Shown: positions 38,201 to 52,071, counted from the stretch's first letter. The stretch: 64,000 nucleotides of DNA from Chara braunii (GCA_003427395.1 BFEA01000026.1:733668-797667), one strand, 5' to 3'. Notes: generated from the letters alone by a model not told the origin. Numbers and translations: made by a program.

Positions 38201-39360
38201 GGCTAGGCAGAGCGTCTGACCGGTTTTAAAAATAAATAAAATAAAATAATGTCCGGCGAGTTACCTAGACTATCGGTCAAGCGACATCAACAGCACCTAC
38301 ACAGACTGTACACATATAGTGTACTTCTATCCTGAACAGAAGCTTTGAGAAGAACTGACTATGGTAGATTACAGTCCTACTCTAGGCTGCCTGTTAGGTG
38401 TCAGCAATCCGTCAACCAACTACTGTGAGCAAATGTATGCACAATGGATATGATAGTGATGTTCAATTGAGTTCACAATTGGAATCCCCTTCCCTTGTAT
38501 CCAACGTACATGTGAGCATCATCAAGCGGCAGTATTTAAGGTGTGCAACAACGGCCCACCCATGTGCCCAAGGCGTATGCTTATAACCAGCCTGCCCGTT
38601 ATTTACCCTAGATTGCAACGATCCTTACGTCTGACTGATCTGGCTGATCAAGAAATTTAAGGACAGGCCCCAAGAGTCCTCACAAATTATTTAACGTCGC
38701 AATCAGGACGACTATCACAGCCAGTGGAGAGTTCAGACCCCAACCAGAAATGTTTATAGATGGTCTGGGAGCGTCTGCTTAGGACTGGTCAGTCCGCACA
38801 CCCCTTCTATCACCGCAGCAGAGAGCCTCAATGGACAAAGCAGCATAGGCTGCATGTACTACTCCCATGGGTTGGCATCGTGACCGTGACCCTCTCCTGC
38901 CAGATGCGCCGCCGGGAAGAATGTAGTCTCTCAAGGTAGAGCGCACACGACTCCTCACCAAAGAGAGGACACTCAAGTTGGACTCACTCCCTCATCGTAA
39001 GAAGAGATTGAGAGGGTAGATAAGAAATGGGAACAACGTACCTGGAGATAGCTGCCCCCAACCACATATTTCTCACCAATTGGGCCGACGTGCATTTCGA
39101 TGACCGGTCAATAGCCTCGGTACCACCGCAAAGCAATGCAGTGCCACCTCAGCCAAAATGCCATGTCAGCATACTCTCATCATCATACATACACCCGCTG
39201 TCGCCACAGCTCCCACACTGTCGCCACAGCCTTCTAGCGGCTGGCCCCTCAACCTGGGCCCCGCTATAACAAGCCATCGCCAAAGTATCCTTACTGCACA
39301 TGAAGCATTGTCAGTGCACCAAGTAACAATGTTGCCAGCGCCAGGTAAGCGGCGATCACA

Positions 39361-39377
39361 AACCAGCTCCGATACCA
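39361..39377 (-). promoter_or_regulatory. Primer binding site (tRNA-iMet)
   Basis: Minus strand TGGTATCGGAGCTGGTT, 3 nt after the 5' LTR; compare canonical TGGTATCAGAGC. Confidence 0.9.
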
Positions 39378-39380
39378 AAT

Positions 39381-40482
39381 TGCAAGGAATACGAGTGTGA
39401 ATGATATACAGAAAACCAAGTTGTGAAATCACACAGATGTCTGAATAGTCGTGTACAAGCAGAGAGCACAAATGCACCAAGAATCCATCCAAATAGAGCA
39501 ATACAATGAAGTAATGAGCCAATGTTCAAGCCCGTAGGCCACACCAACAGAGTATCCAAAGTCGCTCCTCTCTGTCTGACGCCCAGCGCCCAGCCTACTC
39601 TACTCGCCTATCCTACCTACAGCTGTGTTCACGCAACAGGCTCACTTCCTACTCTCGAAGACCAATGTACATGATGTCAACACCATAGCCGACCTCTCTT
39701 CATGCACCGGGTACGTATCTAGTCACCCTCGTCAGACCTTGATACCCCACACTTTGCCTCCTTCCCTGAAGACCACCAGATCGCCCACTGACCCCCTGGC
39801 GCCCAGCAGCCCGGCTATGGCTGCCTGCGCCCCGCTGCCCTGCAGAGCCCCACTTCACCTCTACGCGTCCCGTCAGCGCCCTTGGCCGCAGCGCAGCATC
39901 AAGCAGTAGCGCAGCAGCACTTCCGCATTGCCTACGCAGGCCAGAATACCCTGCCTGGGCTGCCTTGCTTCCTATATGGAAGTGGCANNNNNNNNNNNNN
40001 NNNNNNNNNNNNNNNNNNNNNNNNNNNNNNNNNNNNNNNNNNNNNNNNNNNNNNNNNNNNNNNNNNNNNNNNNNNNNNNNNNNNNNNNNNNNNNNNNNNN
40101 NNNNNNNNNNNNNNNNNNNNNNNNNNNNNNNNNNNNNNNNNNNNNNNNNNNNNNNNNNNNNNNNNNNNNNNNNNNNNNNNNNNNNNNNNNNNNNNNNNNN
40201 NNNNNNNNNNNNNNNNNNNNNNNNNNNNNNNNNNNNNNNNNNNNNNNNNNNNACTGCCAAGGCCTGGGCCAACTGTACGACGCAGCTTAGTGAGGCTCAC
40301 GTGTCCACTCAACCAACTGGCGTGCTGAAAGAGCCTGAATACCCACAAATGAAAATGTCAAATTTGGGCCTCTGATGAATATTCAGGTTCGCCTTCACTT
40401 AGGGCGGGCACTCGGCTTGCTGGGGGCCTCTGCCCAGAACATGTGATGTCTGATAGGGCCCCGTGAGGGCTCGTTCCTCACA
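39381..40482 (-). repeat. 5' LTR
   Basis: Direct repeat of 32034-33166. Confidence 0.95.
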
Positions 40483-41386
40483 GTCCTGTCTGAGTTCTGA
40501 TGAGTGTGGCGGGGGGGTGGTAGCAAATAAGCAAATAAACATTTTCGGCAGTACGGGTGTTGCACTGCATCATTTCAGACAAAGCCAGCCTCTTCTTGGA
40601 TTTCGATCATGTCTGACCACACATATTTCCGTACGGGAAGTTATACAACCCGTACTGATTGCAAATTCCTTCTGTGCAGCAGGGGACATCGCATTGTTGA
40701 CCTTTCAGGATATGTGTGCCTTCTGTTGTCTTTTCGTTCTTCAGTTCTGCTTTGTTCTCGACCATGCTGAGAATGCCCGTTTGTTTGGACTTTTTCCATG
40801 CGGCATTCACACGTGAGTGGTCCCATGGCCCCTGTCATGTGCCATCATCAACGTCAGTATCGTATTGATGTACGATGTACCCTTCGTTCAGTGCGCTGCT
40901 GCAGGACATCAGTGTTGATCCCATCACATGGTTCAATTGTCTCCAACCAGAGGTTAATGGGAGGCCCACAATTCGGGGTTTTTTGCCGCATCACTACTCT
41001 GGTGTTTTTGTGAAAAATTTCGTAACTTGTCCAAATATGGCGAAACTGAATACAGATATACCCTAAAGCATATACATATCAGATGAAAAACAAAAACGAG
41101 AAAAAAGTAAAACTTCGGAGAAATATGGCAGTTTCGGTGAAAAATTCGCTAAAATTCGCCGAATTTTGGGCCTTCCATTAACCGCCTCTCGTTGTATATG
41201 TCGTTTAGACACTGTTTCCTCCCCATCAGTGCTGTGTAGTGGTGATTGTTTCGCGGTCTCACTATGTCAAGGCGTTGACTTCACAGTTTCGCCCTTGCCC
41301 AGTTCTGAAACACAGACACACACACANNNNNNNNNNNNNNNNNNNNNNNNNNNNNNNNNNNNNNNNNNNNNNNNNNNNNNNNNNNN

Positions 41387-41462
<76 letters not shown>

Positions 41463-43938
41463 ACTGCTACGCACTCTATCTGAGGTGGTGGGCGGCAGAG
41501 CGGAGGCATGCAAAAACTTCTTCGTCGATGCCCCTCTCTCTCTCTCTCACTTGTACTCTCGCTTGACCTGTACTCTCTCTGCACGCCACAAATGACAGCT
41601 GCCACCTCTGGATGCCTCGTGGCATGCACATAACCTGCACCGTCCATGTACCCTTGACAAAAATGCATGTGCGTCCGGGGACAAATTTTTGAGGATGCAC
41701 GTGCCAAGCAATGAAACCAGGCCTTGGGACTCTGTTGTTTGGACGCCACAGTTTCTTTTTCTTTTTCTTGTCCGTTTTTTCCTTGTTTTTACTTGTCCCT
41801 TTTTTAAAATCCTTTTCCCTTGCTTTCCCTCCCCCCCCCGCTGATGCATTCAAACGTACTGTTCGTACACCTGTCGGACAGGAGTTGCTGATCAGGTCCG
41901 AAGGCCGCATTCCAGTTTTCACTGAGGGCCATTAGACATGTGGGCCATTGAATGCCAAGCGGCACCCGACTCCTGAAACTTGTGGCGGTGTGCAAGCTGC
42001 ATCGGAGAAAAAATGCTGGGAAAGGTCCTGGTGGTTTAAAGAAAGTCTCCACGGATTGCTTATTGGCCATCAAGATAATGCATGTTAACAACTGATGATC
42101 AATTGGCTCAGGCTTTCTTTAAACCATGGGTTGGTGTCCTATATCCTTTTCTGTCGAACAGTGGCGCCGCAGGTCCTGGCCTTCAGAGCCTCAATGGTCA
42201 GAGTGGGGAGGGCCAACCATATGCATTCAGGACTAGCGAGACGAGTTTTGCCCTGTCCGTGTGCACCCTGCCTGCACCCAGCAGGTGGGGCCTGCACCCT
42301 GCCTGCAACCCAGCAGTGGGGCAAGTTTTGCCCTGTCCCTGTGCGCCCTGCAACCTGAACCCTGCCTGCACCCGGCAGGCCGAACCTGTGCGGCACAGTT
42401 CACCATTGGGAGAAGTAGCTTTTTCAAACCACCTGCACTCCCACTGCAAATGTGGCCTGTTGCAGAATATTCTGAGCCCAGACACGTTCGGTGTACCGGG
42501 TGCCGGTACTCCCATTTGTGTACTTGGAGAATGGGCGGTGGGCAGGTTTAGTGGACAGGCTGCAGGCGAGGTGCGAGGGGAAGGCAACAGATTCTTTGAG
42601 GGACAAAAAAATGATGAATATAGTGCAGGCATTGCAGGTGCCTCTGTGTTTAGGGATTCGTTTTGTCTTTCGTTTTCACGTTACCTTTGATTTCATAAAA
42701 AAAAGAGGTGGGAAACCTTACAACAACCCAGGACCTGGGGTGAGGTCCCACTTTTCATGGAGGAAAAGATGTTTGCCGCACTCATTGGTATCTATGGCCA
42801 ATATATATATTCCCCGTGATATATATCCCCCGTGATCATTGTTTTCTTTCTTTCCGTTTCTTTTTAAGGTCCTGAGGCCCCACCCACCCAGACTAGTTTT
42901 TCCCTTTTGCTTCCCCTGCTCCACCATCTCGAGGCACATCGAGGACCCAGACAGATCTACCAGACAGCAATTGCAGGCACCACCACCACGCGGACAACCC
43001 AGCAAGCCCTGGTTGAAGCCATGAAGGACAAGCCTTGTCCCATGAGTCAGCCTGTATCCCCCCCCTCTGTGCCCTGGCACCCGCAGTGTCTAATGGCTTC
43101 CCCTCTGGCCAAGCCTAACCTTTGACAGCCCCCCTGGGCTATCTGGGTACACTAGCCTATTGCGATACTACTGTTTTTATCAAAAACAAAACCAGTTAAG
43201 TGGGCCACAGGGGTAACGCTGCATGCCAATATCTTTTGTTTTGGTGCACTGTACGCCTTTGGGACTTCAGATCAGCGGCCCATATGGCCTGAGACCATGC
43301 TGTTTTGCGAAATGTGTTCAAGCATGTTTTGGTATTGAGGAATGAGATGTCATGTTTTGCAGCCGTCAATTTTCGGTTGTCGAACAGTTTGTCTTCAAAG
43401 GGCAAGTTTGTCAGAGTCGTTATGCTATTTTTTTCCTCGCAGTTTGCAGATCTCTGGTATTTGGTTTTATGTTTTCCGCCCTATGGCTGTTTTTGTTTTA
43501 TACCCTATTTTTTTTTTTCTTTTTTCGAGAGCGCAGGCGGGAAGTGAGCTGTGTGGTGGACCACAGAAAGTGGGGCGGGTGCGCTTGTTTTGCAACGTGA
43601 CTAGCCTGTTTTTTTTGGGTTTGACAAGGGAGACGGCTTTGCAGTATCATCGTCAAAATGAGAGGCCCTATGGATGGTCGTAGGATCCTTGGGATTGATG
43701 GTGGTATATGTTTGTGGTTTTGGGTCCAGTGTCCTTGGCATCGACTGTGGTATGGGCTAACGGTTTGGGTCTAGGCTGTCAACAACAAAGGGCAGTGGCG
43801 TTGCGGAACCGGCATTGAATTGAGATGACCCATGAATGGTTGTGGGGTCCGTGGGATCGATGGTGATACGGGTTCACCGTTTTGGTTGTCAACAAGAACA
43901 TGGTGGCGTTGTCGTACGGGTTCACGGTTTATCTATGC

Positions 43939-44012
<74 letters not shown>

Positions 44013-44277
44013 CGATTGTTACCTACATCCACAACGACTTGCGAGTGATACGAGGGATGAAGGGGGAGTTTGGTGTGCAGGGGGAGGAGCCTAGGCGGGG
44101 TACCAGGCATACGGGGTTAGGTTGAGGAGCACTGTCACCGCTCCCCGGACATTCCAGGAAATGGGATGTCGATCGGCACACACACACACACACACACNNN
44201 NNNNNNNNNNNNNNNNNNNNNNNNNNNNNNNNNNNNNNNNNNNNNNNNNNNNNNNNNNNNNNNNNNNNNNNNNNNNN

Positions 44278-44337
<60 letters not shown>

Positions 44338-44439
44338 ATTGGGTTGATTTTACTGGGATGTTGTTCTCAAAGCCAGCGTAAGATGTCGTATTTCGTGTTT
44401 GATCCAACCGTGGATTCAGTTTTGATTGAACCTTGTAGT

Positions 44440-46420
44440 TTGCAGATCTTGCATTGAAATTCTTTGGGATTTACACGTGAGACGCCTTCTTACTCGGAGA
44501 AAACAAAAAAGAGAAAATCCTTTTGAACTCTGTTACCATGACAGGAGATGTCAGGTTCAGGCATTTTTCGGGTTTCGCACTGTTATCACATGTTCATTGT
44601 ACTTGGTTTCCCGAAATCTGCAAGACGAAAGGAAAATTGCATTGAACTTTGTTACTGCGAGATGAAATGTCAGGTACGTAGATTTTTTGGTATTAGCATC
44701 GTAATTATCGTGAGTGGAATGTACTTGGATAGTGAAATCTGCGAAAGAAAAAAGAAAATGATTTGGAACTTCGTTACCACGTGATGAAATGTCAGTCGTC
44801 CACAGTTTCCGGTGTTAAGTGTAATTGTGTGTTGATTTAGTTGCTTTTTCGTGAAAGCTTGGGAAAAAGAAAGAAAATCGTTTTCAACTTTGTTACGGCA
44901 AGATGAAATGTCACGTACGTGAATTTTCGGTTTTCGCTCTGCTCTCAACCGTTGATGAAATGTCACGTACGTGAATTTTTGGTTTTCGGACTGTATTCAA
45001 CCATTGATTGTGCTTGGTTGCGTGATATGTGCAAAAAAAAAGAGAAAATCGGTTGGAAGTTGGAACTTAACTAGCACATGACGAAATGTCAGTGGACTGC
45101 ATTTTTTGGTTTCCACAGTGTAATCACGCGGTGTGGCATACTGATACCACACGGGCCCCAGTTAGGGCCCGGTTCTGTAGTAGGCACGGATTAGGCCTAG
45201 GTACCAGGTAGGTCCAGGTAGGCCTAGGAACCGACGGTTCAGTTTAGAGTCCGGTAGGCCTTGTTTAGACCCCACCAGACCCAATGGCTAGTTGGTTAGG
45301 CCAGGTACCGGTCCATTGGTAGGACCGGCCGGCGGCGCAGTTTAGGCGCCACTTTTCAGATTCGGATCTGAACCGTTGGGCCTGATCAACGTCCAGACCC
45401 GAAGGCACCAGTAGTACTGAGGCCGACCCAGCACTATATGAGCTGGGTACCAGCCTCAGTCGGGAGGTTAGCCGATAGGAGGTTAGTCTACAGGATTAGC
45501 ACAGAGTGTCAGCATTAGGATGAGCAAGAGCAGCGAGGAGGAATAGCGCAGCAGCGAATTAGCGCAGCAGCGGAGCAGCGCCAGCCTCCGGCCCGCCCCG
45601 TGGCCCAGCGCCAGCCCTGCAGCGCCATATCTGCCTTGCCAGGTACCAGGGAGAAAGGCCTCGCCTTTCCTCCCTCTCTCTCTCTACCCTCTAAGTCTGC
45701 TCTTGGGTTACTCCTACTGGACTACTATGAGTACGAAGGATGGTTACGAGTTCTGATGATAGCTGAGATAGCAACATTGAGACCTCGGTTGAGGACTACT
45801 TCGGGGATCGGACTTCATCTATTTCTGGGGTGTATCTTGATATTGGGAGATCGATCTCCGGGACCTTGTGAGACTCTGTATTCACGACATTTTGGATTTG
45901 CGCTACTTATGACATTCAAGATACTATTTTTGGAGACATGGTGTTGACGTCATCTTCCCTCTCCTCCTTTCGTCTCTCCTCCCCTCCATCCATCCGTGTA
46001 TGAGATCAGACCCTGGCCTTTTCTTCCATGTCCAAGGCCAGGGCTTTCACACCACCGATGCATGTTGTTAGTGTTCGTTGCAGTCTGAGTCAGGTCTGAG
46101 TCAGTCCATGTGTATGAAGTCTTCCGCTGTAATTTTACTTACTCTGCATTATCTGGTCGGTTCTGGGAATCTGCGCCATACTTATGACTGTGTTTCACGA
46201 GTATGCAACATGCGGTGATTTTTGTTGGTTTCATGAAATCTTCCAAAAAAAACGGAAAAAGAAAGTTGCTTGAGATTGTTACCGCGAGATGAATCTCTGT
46301 TGCCCACATTGTCCGGTTTTTGCATTGTAATCTGGCGTTGATTTTGCTGTACTCTTTTCTTTTCTTTTTTTGTCATTCCTGCCTGTCGCTGCTATGTTGT
46401 ATTTTACTTGGTTTGGCTTT
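44440..46420. repeat. Degenerate ~120-bp tandem repeat (gatgaaatgtcaSgtacgtgaatttt...) interrupted by an LTR-like insert
   Basis: About six units at 44440-45130, resuming at ~46180-46420. Confidence 0.7.
45132..46051 (+). mobile_element. Probable solo LTR
   Basis: TGTG...CACA ends, GC-rich U3-like region, TATA-like ctatatga at ~45434. No TSD found. Confidence 0.4.
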
Positions 46421-47324
46421 TGTTGTACCGAAGTGCGACCAAACACACGGCCTCGCTGCACCACTCTCGAGAGGGCCTGAAAATCGCCAAATTTGTTTAT
46501 GAGCATAGCACTCACCAAACAAAGAACTCGCCAGTGAAACATTGGAACAAACGAGGTTTTGGAGAGTGCTGTGGCTCAGTCCTCACTCCAACAGCGAACG
46601 ACCCTGTTTCCTGTACCGGAGCCAATAATAGTCTGCGACTTGCCAATCTGGCGAGTAAACAAGCTTGCTAAGAAACAAATTGGTCCAGACTGGCAGTCCG
46701 GACTGATCTCAACCTCATCGCTCTGGTGGGCCAATCAAAGGACTCGTCAAAAAGATGTTGGAGGCAGGCCCGATGGCAGGTTTGGTGAGCACTCACCAGA
46801 CCTGATTTTCACATTGTCGGACGCAAATTCTGGCATGAACCATGGGTGAGTAGTGCTGCAACCCACCACTCACCAGAATTCAAGTTTTGTGAGTCGTGCG
46901 GCGAGGCTTACTAGTCCAATGCAGTGGAAGTCTGGAAATAGTCCAATGCAGTGGAAGTCTGGAAACAATCAATCTGGCTAGTATAGTATGTACTCAGACC
47001 ATGCACCAATCATCATCACACGGATGGGCAAGGAGGGTAGCATACATGGAAGGAGGCCTCTCCTTTCATATACACACACATGGGGAGAAATACAGGTGAT
47101 GAGGGAGAAGAAGAGGACTAATGTGGAACATACGCGACGAGGGAGAAGAAGAGTACTAATATGGAAGAAGAACAAAATTGGTCTGGATACAGCAGCTGGT
47201 ATAATAATGGTCTCTCACAACTCCCAATCGCCTCAGAATATAATGCATAGTCTGAACCTGGAGAAGTCTCCCTAAAACAGTTGGCACGTCCTTTTATCTT
47301 TCTCTCGGAAGTCAAGAATGGGGT

Positions 47325-47570
47325 GGCAGATATGGAGGGGAGCAGCAGAACAAGAAATCTCTCTTTCTGTCTCTCTCACCCTCTCTTTTGCTTATAAGTT
47401 GGATGCCGAACGGTGAAAGGTGCTGTCGGGAACTGCAGCAGATCGCAGAGTATGGAGGGGAGCAGCAGAAGAAGTAATCTCTCTTTCTCTCTCTCTCTCA
47501 CCCTATCTTTTGCTTATAACTCGGAATCCGACTGGTGAAAGGTGTTGTCGGGAACTGCAGCAGATCGCAG
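47325..47570. repeat. ~120-bp tandem duplication
   Basis: tatggaggggagcagcagaa...ggtgaaaggtgYtgtcgggaactgcagcagatcgcagag occurs twice. Confidence 0.88.
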
Positions 47571-47753
47571 AGTACATGCATGTCAACAACTGCTACCTTG
47601 ACAAGAGACGCATGCCAAAAGAAAACAGATGAAACCCCAAATTCTCTTACATTTTGTGGTGTCCTTTTTTTTATTTCCTATGGTTGTATGGGGTGTGGTG
47701 GACGCAAGTGCGGAAAAACTTCCGGAAAAGAAAAACGAAGAAACCAGAACAAG

Positions 47754-47924
47754 AGACCAATGGGCCTAGCTCAGTTGGTACACCCATGAACTGTTGAAAT
47801 ATACACCCGAGTTCGAATCCAGATCACCAGATGACCAGAATAAGATCATTCTGAATTACCTTGGGCCGGTCAGTTCAGCGATGATGTCTTGAAGCCGTTG
47901 CCCTTTTTTAAATTAACAAATAAA
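47754..47924 (+). mobile_element. Intact tRNA-derived SINE (family 1) with 13-bp TSD
   Basis: A box TAGCTCAGTTGG (47767-78), B box GAGTTCGAATCC (47809-20), T-run followed by an A-rich tail, TSD AAACCAGAACAAG (47741-53, 47925-37). Confidence 0.88.
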
Positions 47925-50749
47925 AAACCAGAACAAGGGAAGAAACATATGGGAAACAAAAGAAGAAAATGGAACGATGAACGAAAATAAAATTACTGAT
48001 GATCGAAAATTGGCATTACTGTATCCAGACATTGGTTATCTGCTGCCTGAATTGACGTCAACCGTGGTAAGAAAGAATAAAATTCAATAAATTAAAGAAC
48101 GCGATAAGGTGAAAATTCCCCCAAAAGAAAAAAAGAAATTGCCAACCAAGAAATGTTGAAAAGACACCCAAAGTCTCCAGACAGCTAAGATTGAGGGAAA
48201 AGGCAGGTGGAAACCATTGTCACATGGTGCCGCCCCAAAAAGTTCAACTTTCAAGTCTTCCCTTGTTTTTTAAATGTTTTTCAGTTGCATTTTGTCAATT
48301 TTTGTGGTCTTTAATGACTCTACAGCGAGAATCGCACAGCATCAATGTCATGTGAGAATCTCACAATGTTCAATGATGCCCATCGACCAGAGGTGAGAAG
48401 TAGACCAGGTGTACAAAGGAAGATAAGAACAAGAGGAGAAGAAGATAATTCCAACAGTAATCAAAGTGTACAATCTCATGGCTCTTGCTCCCTCTGTCAC
48501 CTCCAGGCTTCATCCTGCTACCTCGCTGTCGCGTCCTAAGCCTCTATCGGTGATGAGGCCGTTCTCCCTCACTGACACCTTCTCCCTCACTGACACCTCA
48601 CCAATGATCAAGTCAATATCCAGTGTCAATGTCAAACTGGCGCAGTGAAGAGTAACATCAGAACCAGCCTTCAGAAGCAGGGGACGGACTCTCCATCTTA
48701 GTGTAATCCACCAGGTTGGTTCAGGTAAGCCTCTCTCTCTCTTTCACCACGCTTCTCTGCCGAGGATATGATCGTCCCTCAAAACTCACTCTCTGAGTCC
48801 ATGTTGCATACCGTATAGGTGCAGACCAGAACAAGAACCGACCTTTCCATACAAGGTATAAGATAGCACAGCGGAAGGCTTAGATACCAGTGATCCGAAC
48901 AATCAATGTTGTAGTGCAGCCCTGAACATACATCATCATCATCGTTTCATAGTGTGAATGGGTCTGGCGCTCCACACAGGAAGACAGCGCCAGCCCAGAA
49001 CATGCACAGACGAGGAGGAAGGGGATAGACGAAGAGGAGGGGGAAGATGGGAATGTCGTCAACACCAAGTCTTCGGCACAAGCCCAAATAGTCCCTCGTT
49101 GAACTGTCTGAATCCCAAATGTCAAGTCTGGATCCAATGTCGTCAAGTCTCAAGTCACAACTCTGTCTCTCTCTGTCGTAGTCTGAGAAGTCAGGTGGCG
49201 AGAGGGTGAGAAGAGAAGGTGGACTTAGAAGAGGAAGAAGAAGAACTCTCTCTCTCTCTGTGTCCAGTACTAACCTGTGAAGTTGGCGCCTTGAAGCAGG
49301 TAGCACGAAGATGGAGCTGGAGCGATGGCGCCACAGGTAAGTAACACTGGCCTCCGCCAGTCTCTCTCCCACTCTACGATCTACTACCTACCAGCGCCCA
49401 GCGCTGAAGACTACAGCTACAGCTATGGCGCCAAGCGCCGAAGACTACAGCTAACGCTACCACTACTGCCTAGCGCTGAAGACTACTGCAGCGCTCCTCC
49501 TGAGTGCTGCGGCCGAATCCTGAAGACTACCTCCCCTACTGACACTACCCTCCCCGTGAAGTGCATGGGAACCTCCTATGTACTACGGGTGTGCCTCTTG
49601 AGCCTGCCGAAGGGAGGCAGGGGCTGCAGCTGCAGCTCCTGCTCGAGTNCGTGAGGAACAGGCTATTTTGGGCCTGTTCCGCATCCCTGTTTCCGTGCCT
49701 GAGTCTTAGGAGCAGGTCGAAACAATGAGGGCCTGAAAATGGCCCTCCGTTTCAGGCTGAAAACTCTGGGTCTGAAAAGACCCAGAAATAGGCTGAAACG
49801 AGGTAGGGCCTGCAGGCCCTCGTTTTTCAGCATCCAGGCTGAAATGAACGGGGCCTGTAAGCCCTAAGTTTTAGGCTTTTAGGCTGAATGTCCGGGACGG
49901 GCCCTGTAGGGCCCGTGTGGCTACGCAGTATGCCACAGTCCACGTTAAGTTATGGCGCAGCGGGTCCGGGGCCGTGTATCCAAACTATGGCCACTATATT
50001 GTCATTTTTCTCGCTCTGTATGCCCCTCCCCGATACTGGCACTTGGAATGGAGAGCTCCAGCCTCGAGCCAGCGCAAAACAGAATGAATTGGGAAGGATG
50101 GTCGTATGTAGTGTGGACTGGACCTGGCATGCCTCCTTTCACCTCCTTGAAGGGCTGAGATTCCTCAATCTTTGTGTCCAAGCTCTGGTAGCAGCCAGTG
50201 TGAAAATGGATACTTTGGGTCTTTAGCTTCTGTAAACTGCACTGAGCCTTTGGATGTGCATGAGAAATGACCGGGTTGGGCATGACTGTCGACTTCTTAT
50301 GGCCTGGTTTTGACTGTACAGGCCCTGGCCACCTCATTTTGACCCTTGACTAGGACATACTGACCTATGGACTTTCTAGTACCTTTTCAGAGGCTGTGCG
50401 GGTGACTGTTGGCCCAAGAATTTCCACTTGACCAAAAGCTACGACCCCTAGACTCTCTTTTAGGATTTCGACGATGTTAACTACAATGCAACGATCCGCT
50501 CAGATTCACTCTCCACATAACATGCACAGTGAAAGTTCACATGGATATTCACCCCAAAGCCATATATGGAACACCAGATCAGCGAAGCTCAGAAAACTTC
50601 AATGAATACTCGTATTGTGCAAATTCGGAGTTTAGATAGTCAGCGCTCAGCAGGGCAGTTGACAACCGCACTAGCACTTGTCAGTGCCACCAACAACAAC
50701 CCCAGTCAGGTATGTAACCTCAGCACCCTCCTCCTGTGACCATCTGTCC

Positions 50750-50801
<52 letters not shown>

Positions 50802-50831
50802 GGCTGCTCTCTCTGCCCTTGTATCAATCTG

Positions 50832-50911
<80 letters not shown>

Positions 50912-51959
50912 TGCGTGTGTGTGTGGGTGTGTGACTACTTGGACCATAACCCTGGATACATCTGCCCTCCTTCAACTGCCACAGCTATGGTGACTATGGA
51001 CGCCCTCTTCTTCCTCAACCCTAATTTGCACGGCGCCCTGCAGGCGGTCTGGCACATTGTCCAAGCTGTGGTGTTGCACAAGCAACCAGCAGCGCTTCCG
51101 CAATCTCACGCGGGACAAAAGATGCGTGAGCTGCACTGTAGCAGCTATTGATAGTTGCTCGAGTTGGCCTTGGTCTGCTTCTGACAGGTACCGGTTGCCC
51201 GCGGCCTGTCTGCTGCATGAATTTTGGTTGCCCGCTGCCCAGTACCTTCCGGACTTTTCCTGGGATTCTGCTGCAAAATTGGTCTTTTGGCCTGGACTTC
51301 TTGTCAGGTACCGGTGGGACTTTTACCGGTCTGATTCGGTACTGGCCTGACATGGCCTACGATGCTTCGGCTTCCTGTGGACCCTAGGACCCTACAAAGT
51401 TACAAACCCTACCTGGGACCCAGCTACCTGGACCGGTGGGACTGGGACCATCTTGGACTGGGGCAATTTGGGACTCTGGAACCGGGACTTGGGTGTCTGC
51501 AGTGTGAAATCCTTTCAAAATCATGAAATATAGTCCTGGCTGTCCTGGTCAAACTGCCCCCAAACAGGAAACAATCCATGATATCTTTTTACTGCTGGCT
51601 TCCTGTGAGAGAGAGTGTGGTCGCTGTAGCTCTCCTAGCTTAGCAGTGCAGTTGTCAGGCCACATGCAGATGATAGTGCTCGAACCTTGACCTTCCGTCA
51701 GAGCAATATTTCTTAGTGTGCAGTATCATTTTTCGTGTTCTATCGGAAGGTACCAATAGACTTGGATTTGCCATCACTGTGAAGCAAATTATTGCCAACA
51801 CACTTTTCACTGTTTCCAGTTGTTCTGACCGGCCGCTTTCTTTTTTTTTCCGTCTGCAGGGGTTGGGCTGATTTCTCAGGACTCAGGAGGTAGTGGCAGT
51901 TACGTTCTGGCAGTGGTAGTGGTAGTGATAGATTACGAAGGAGTGAGTGCGCACAAACT

Positions 51960-52071
<112 letters not shown>

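Larger units (their letters stand above)
32034..40482 (-). mobile_element. Full-length degenerate Ty3/gypsy (chromovirus-like) LTR retrotransposon
   Basis: 5' LTR 40482-39381 and 3' LTR 33166-32034 with TG...CA ends; 4-bp TSD GTCC (32030-33, 40483-86); PBS and PPT present; gag-RT-RNaseH-integrase-chromodomain order. Confidence 0.95.

Noticed and set aside
38000-38206. Functional nuclear nad4 gene
   Set aside because: Only ~70 codons of an internal region, no targeting peptide or splice context, and embedded in a retroelement.
47762-47830. Bona fide tRNA gene
   Set aside because: No acceptor-stem pairing; it has a body, tail, TSD and a second copy, so it is a SINE.
48330-51500. LTR-like or retroelement region
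   Set aside because: It looks TE-derived, but no matching termini with a TSD, convincing PBS or protein motif could be fixed.
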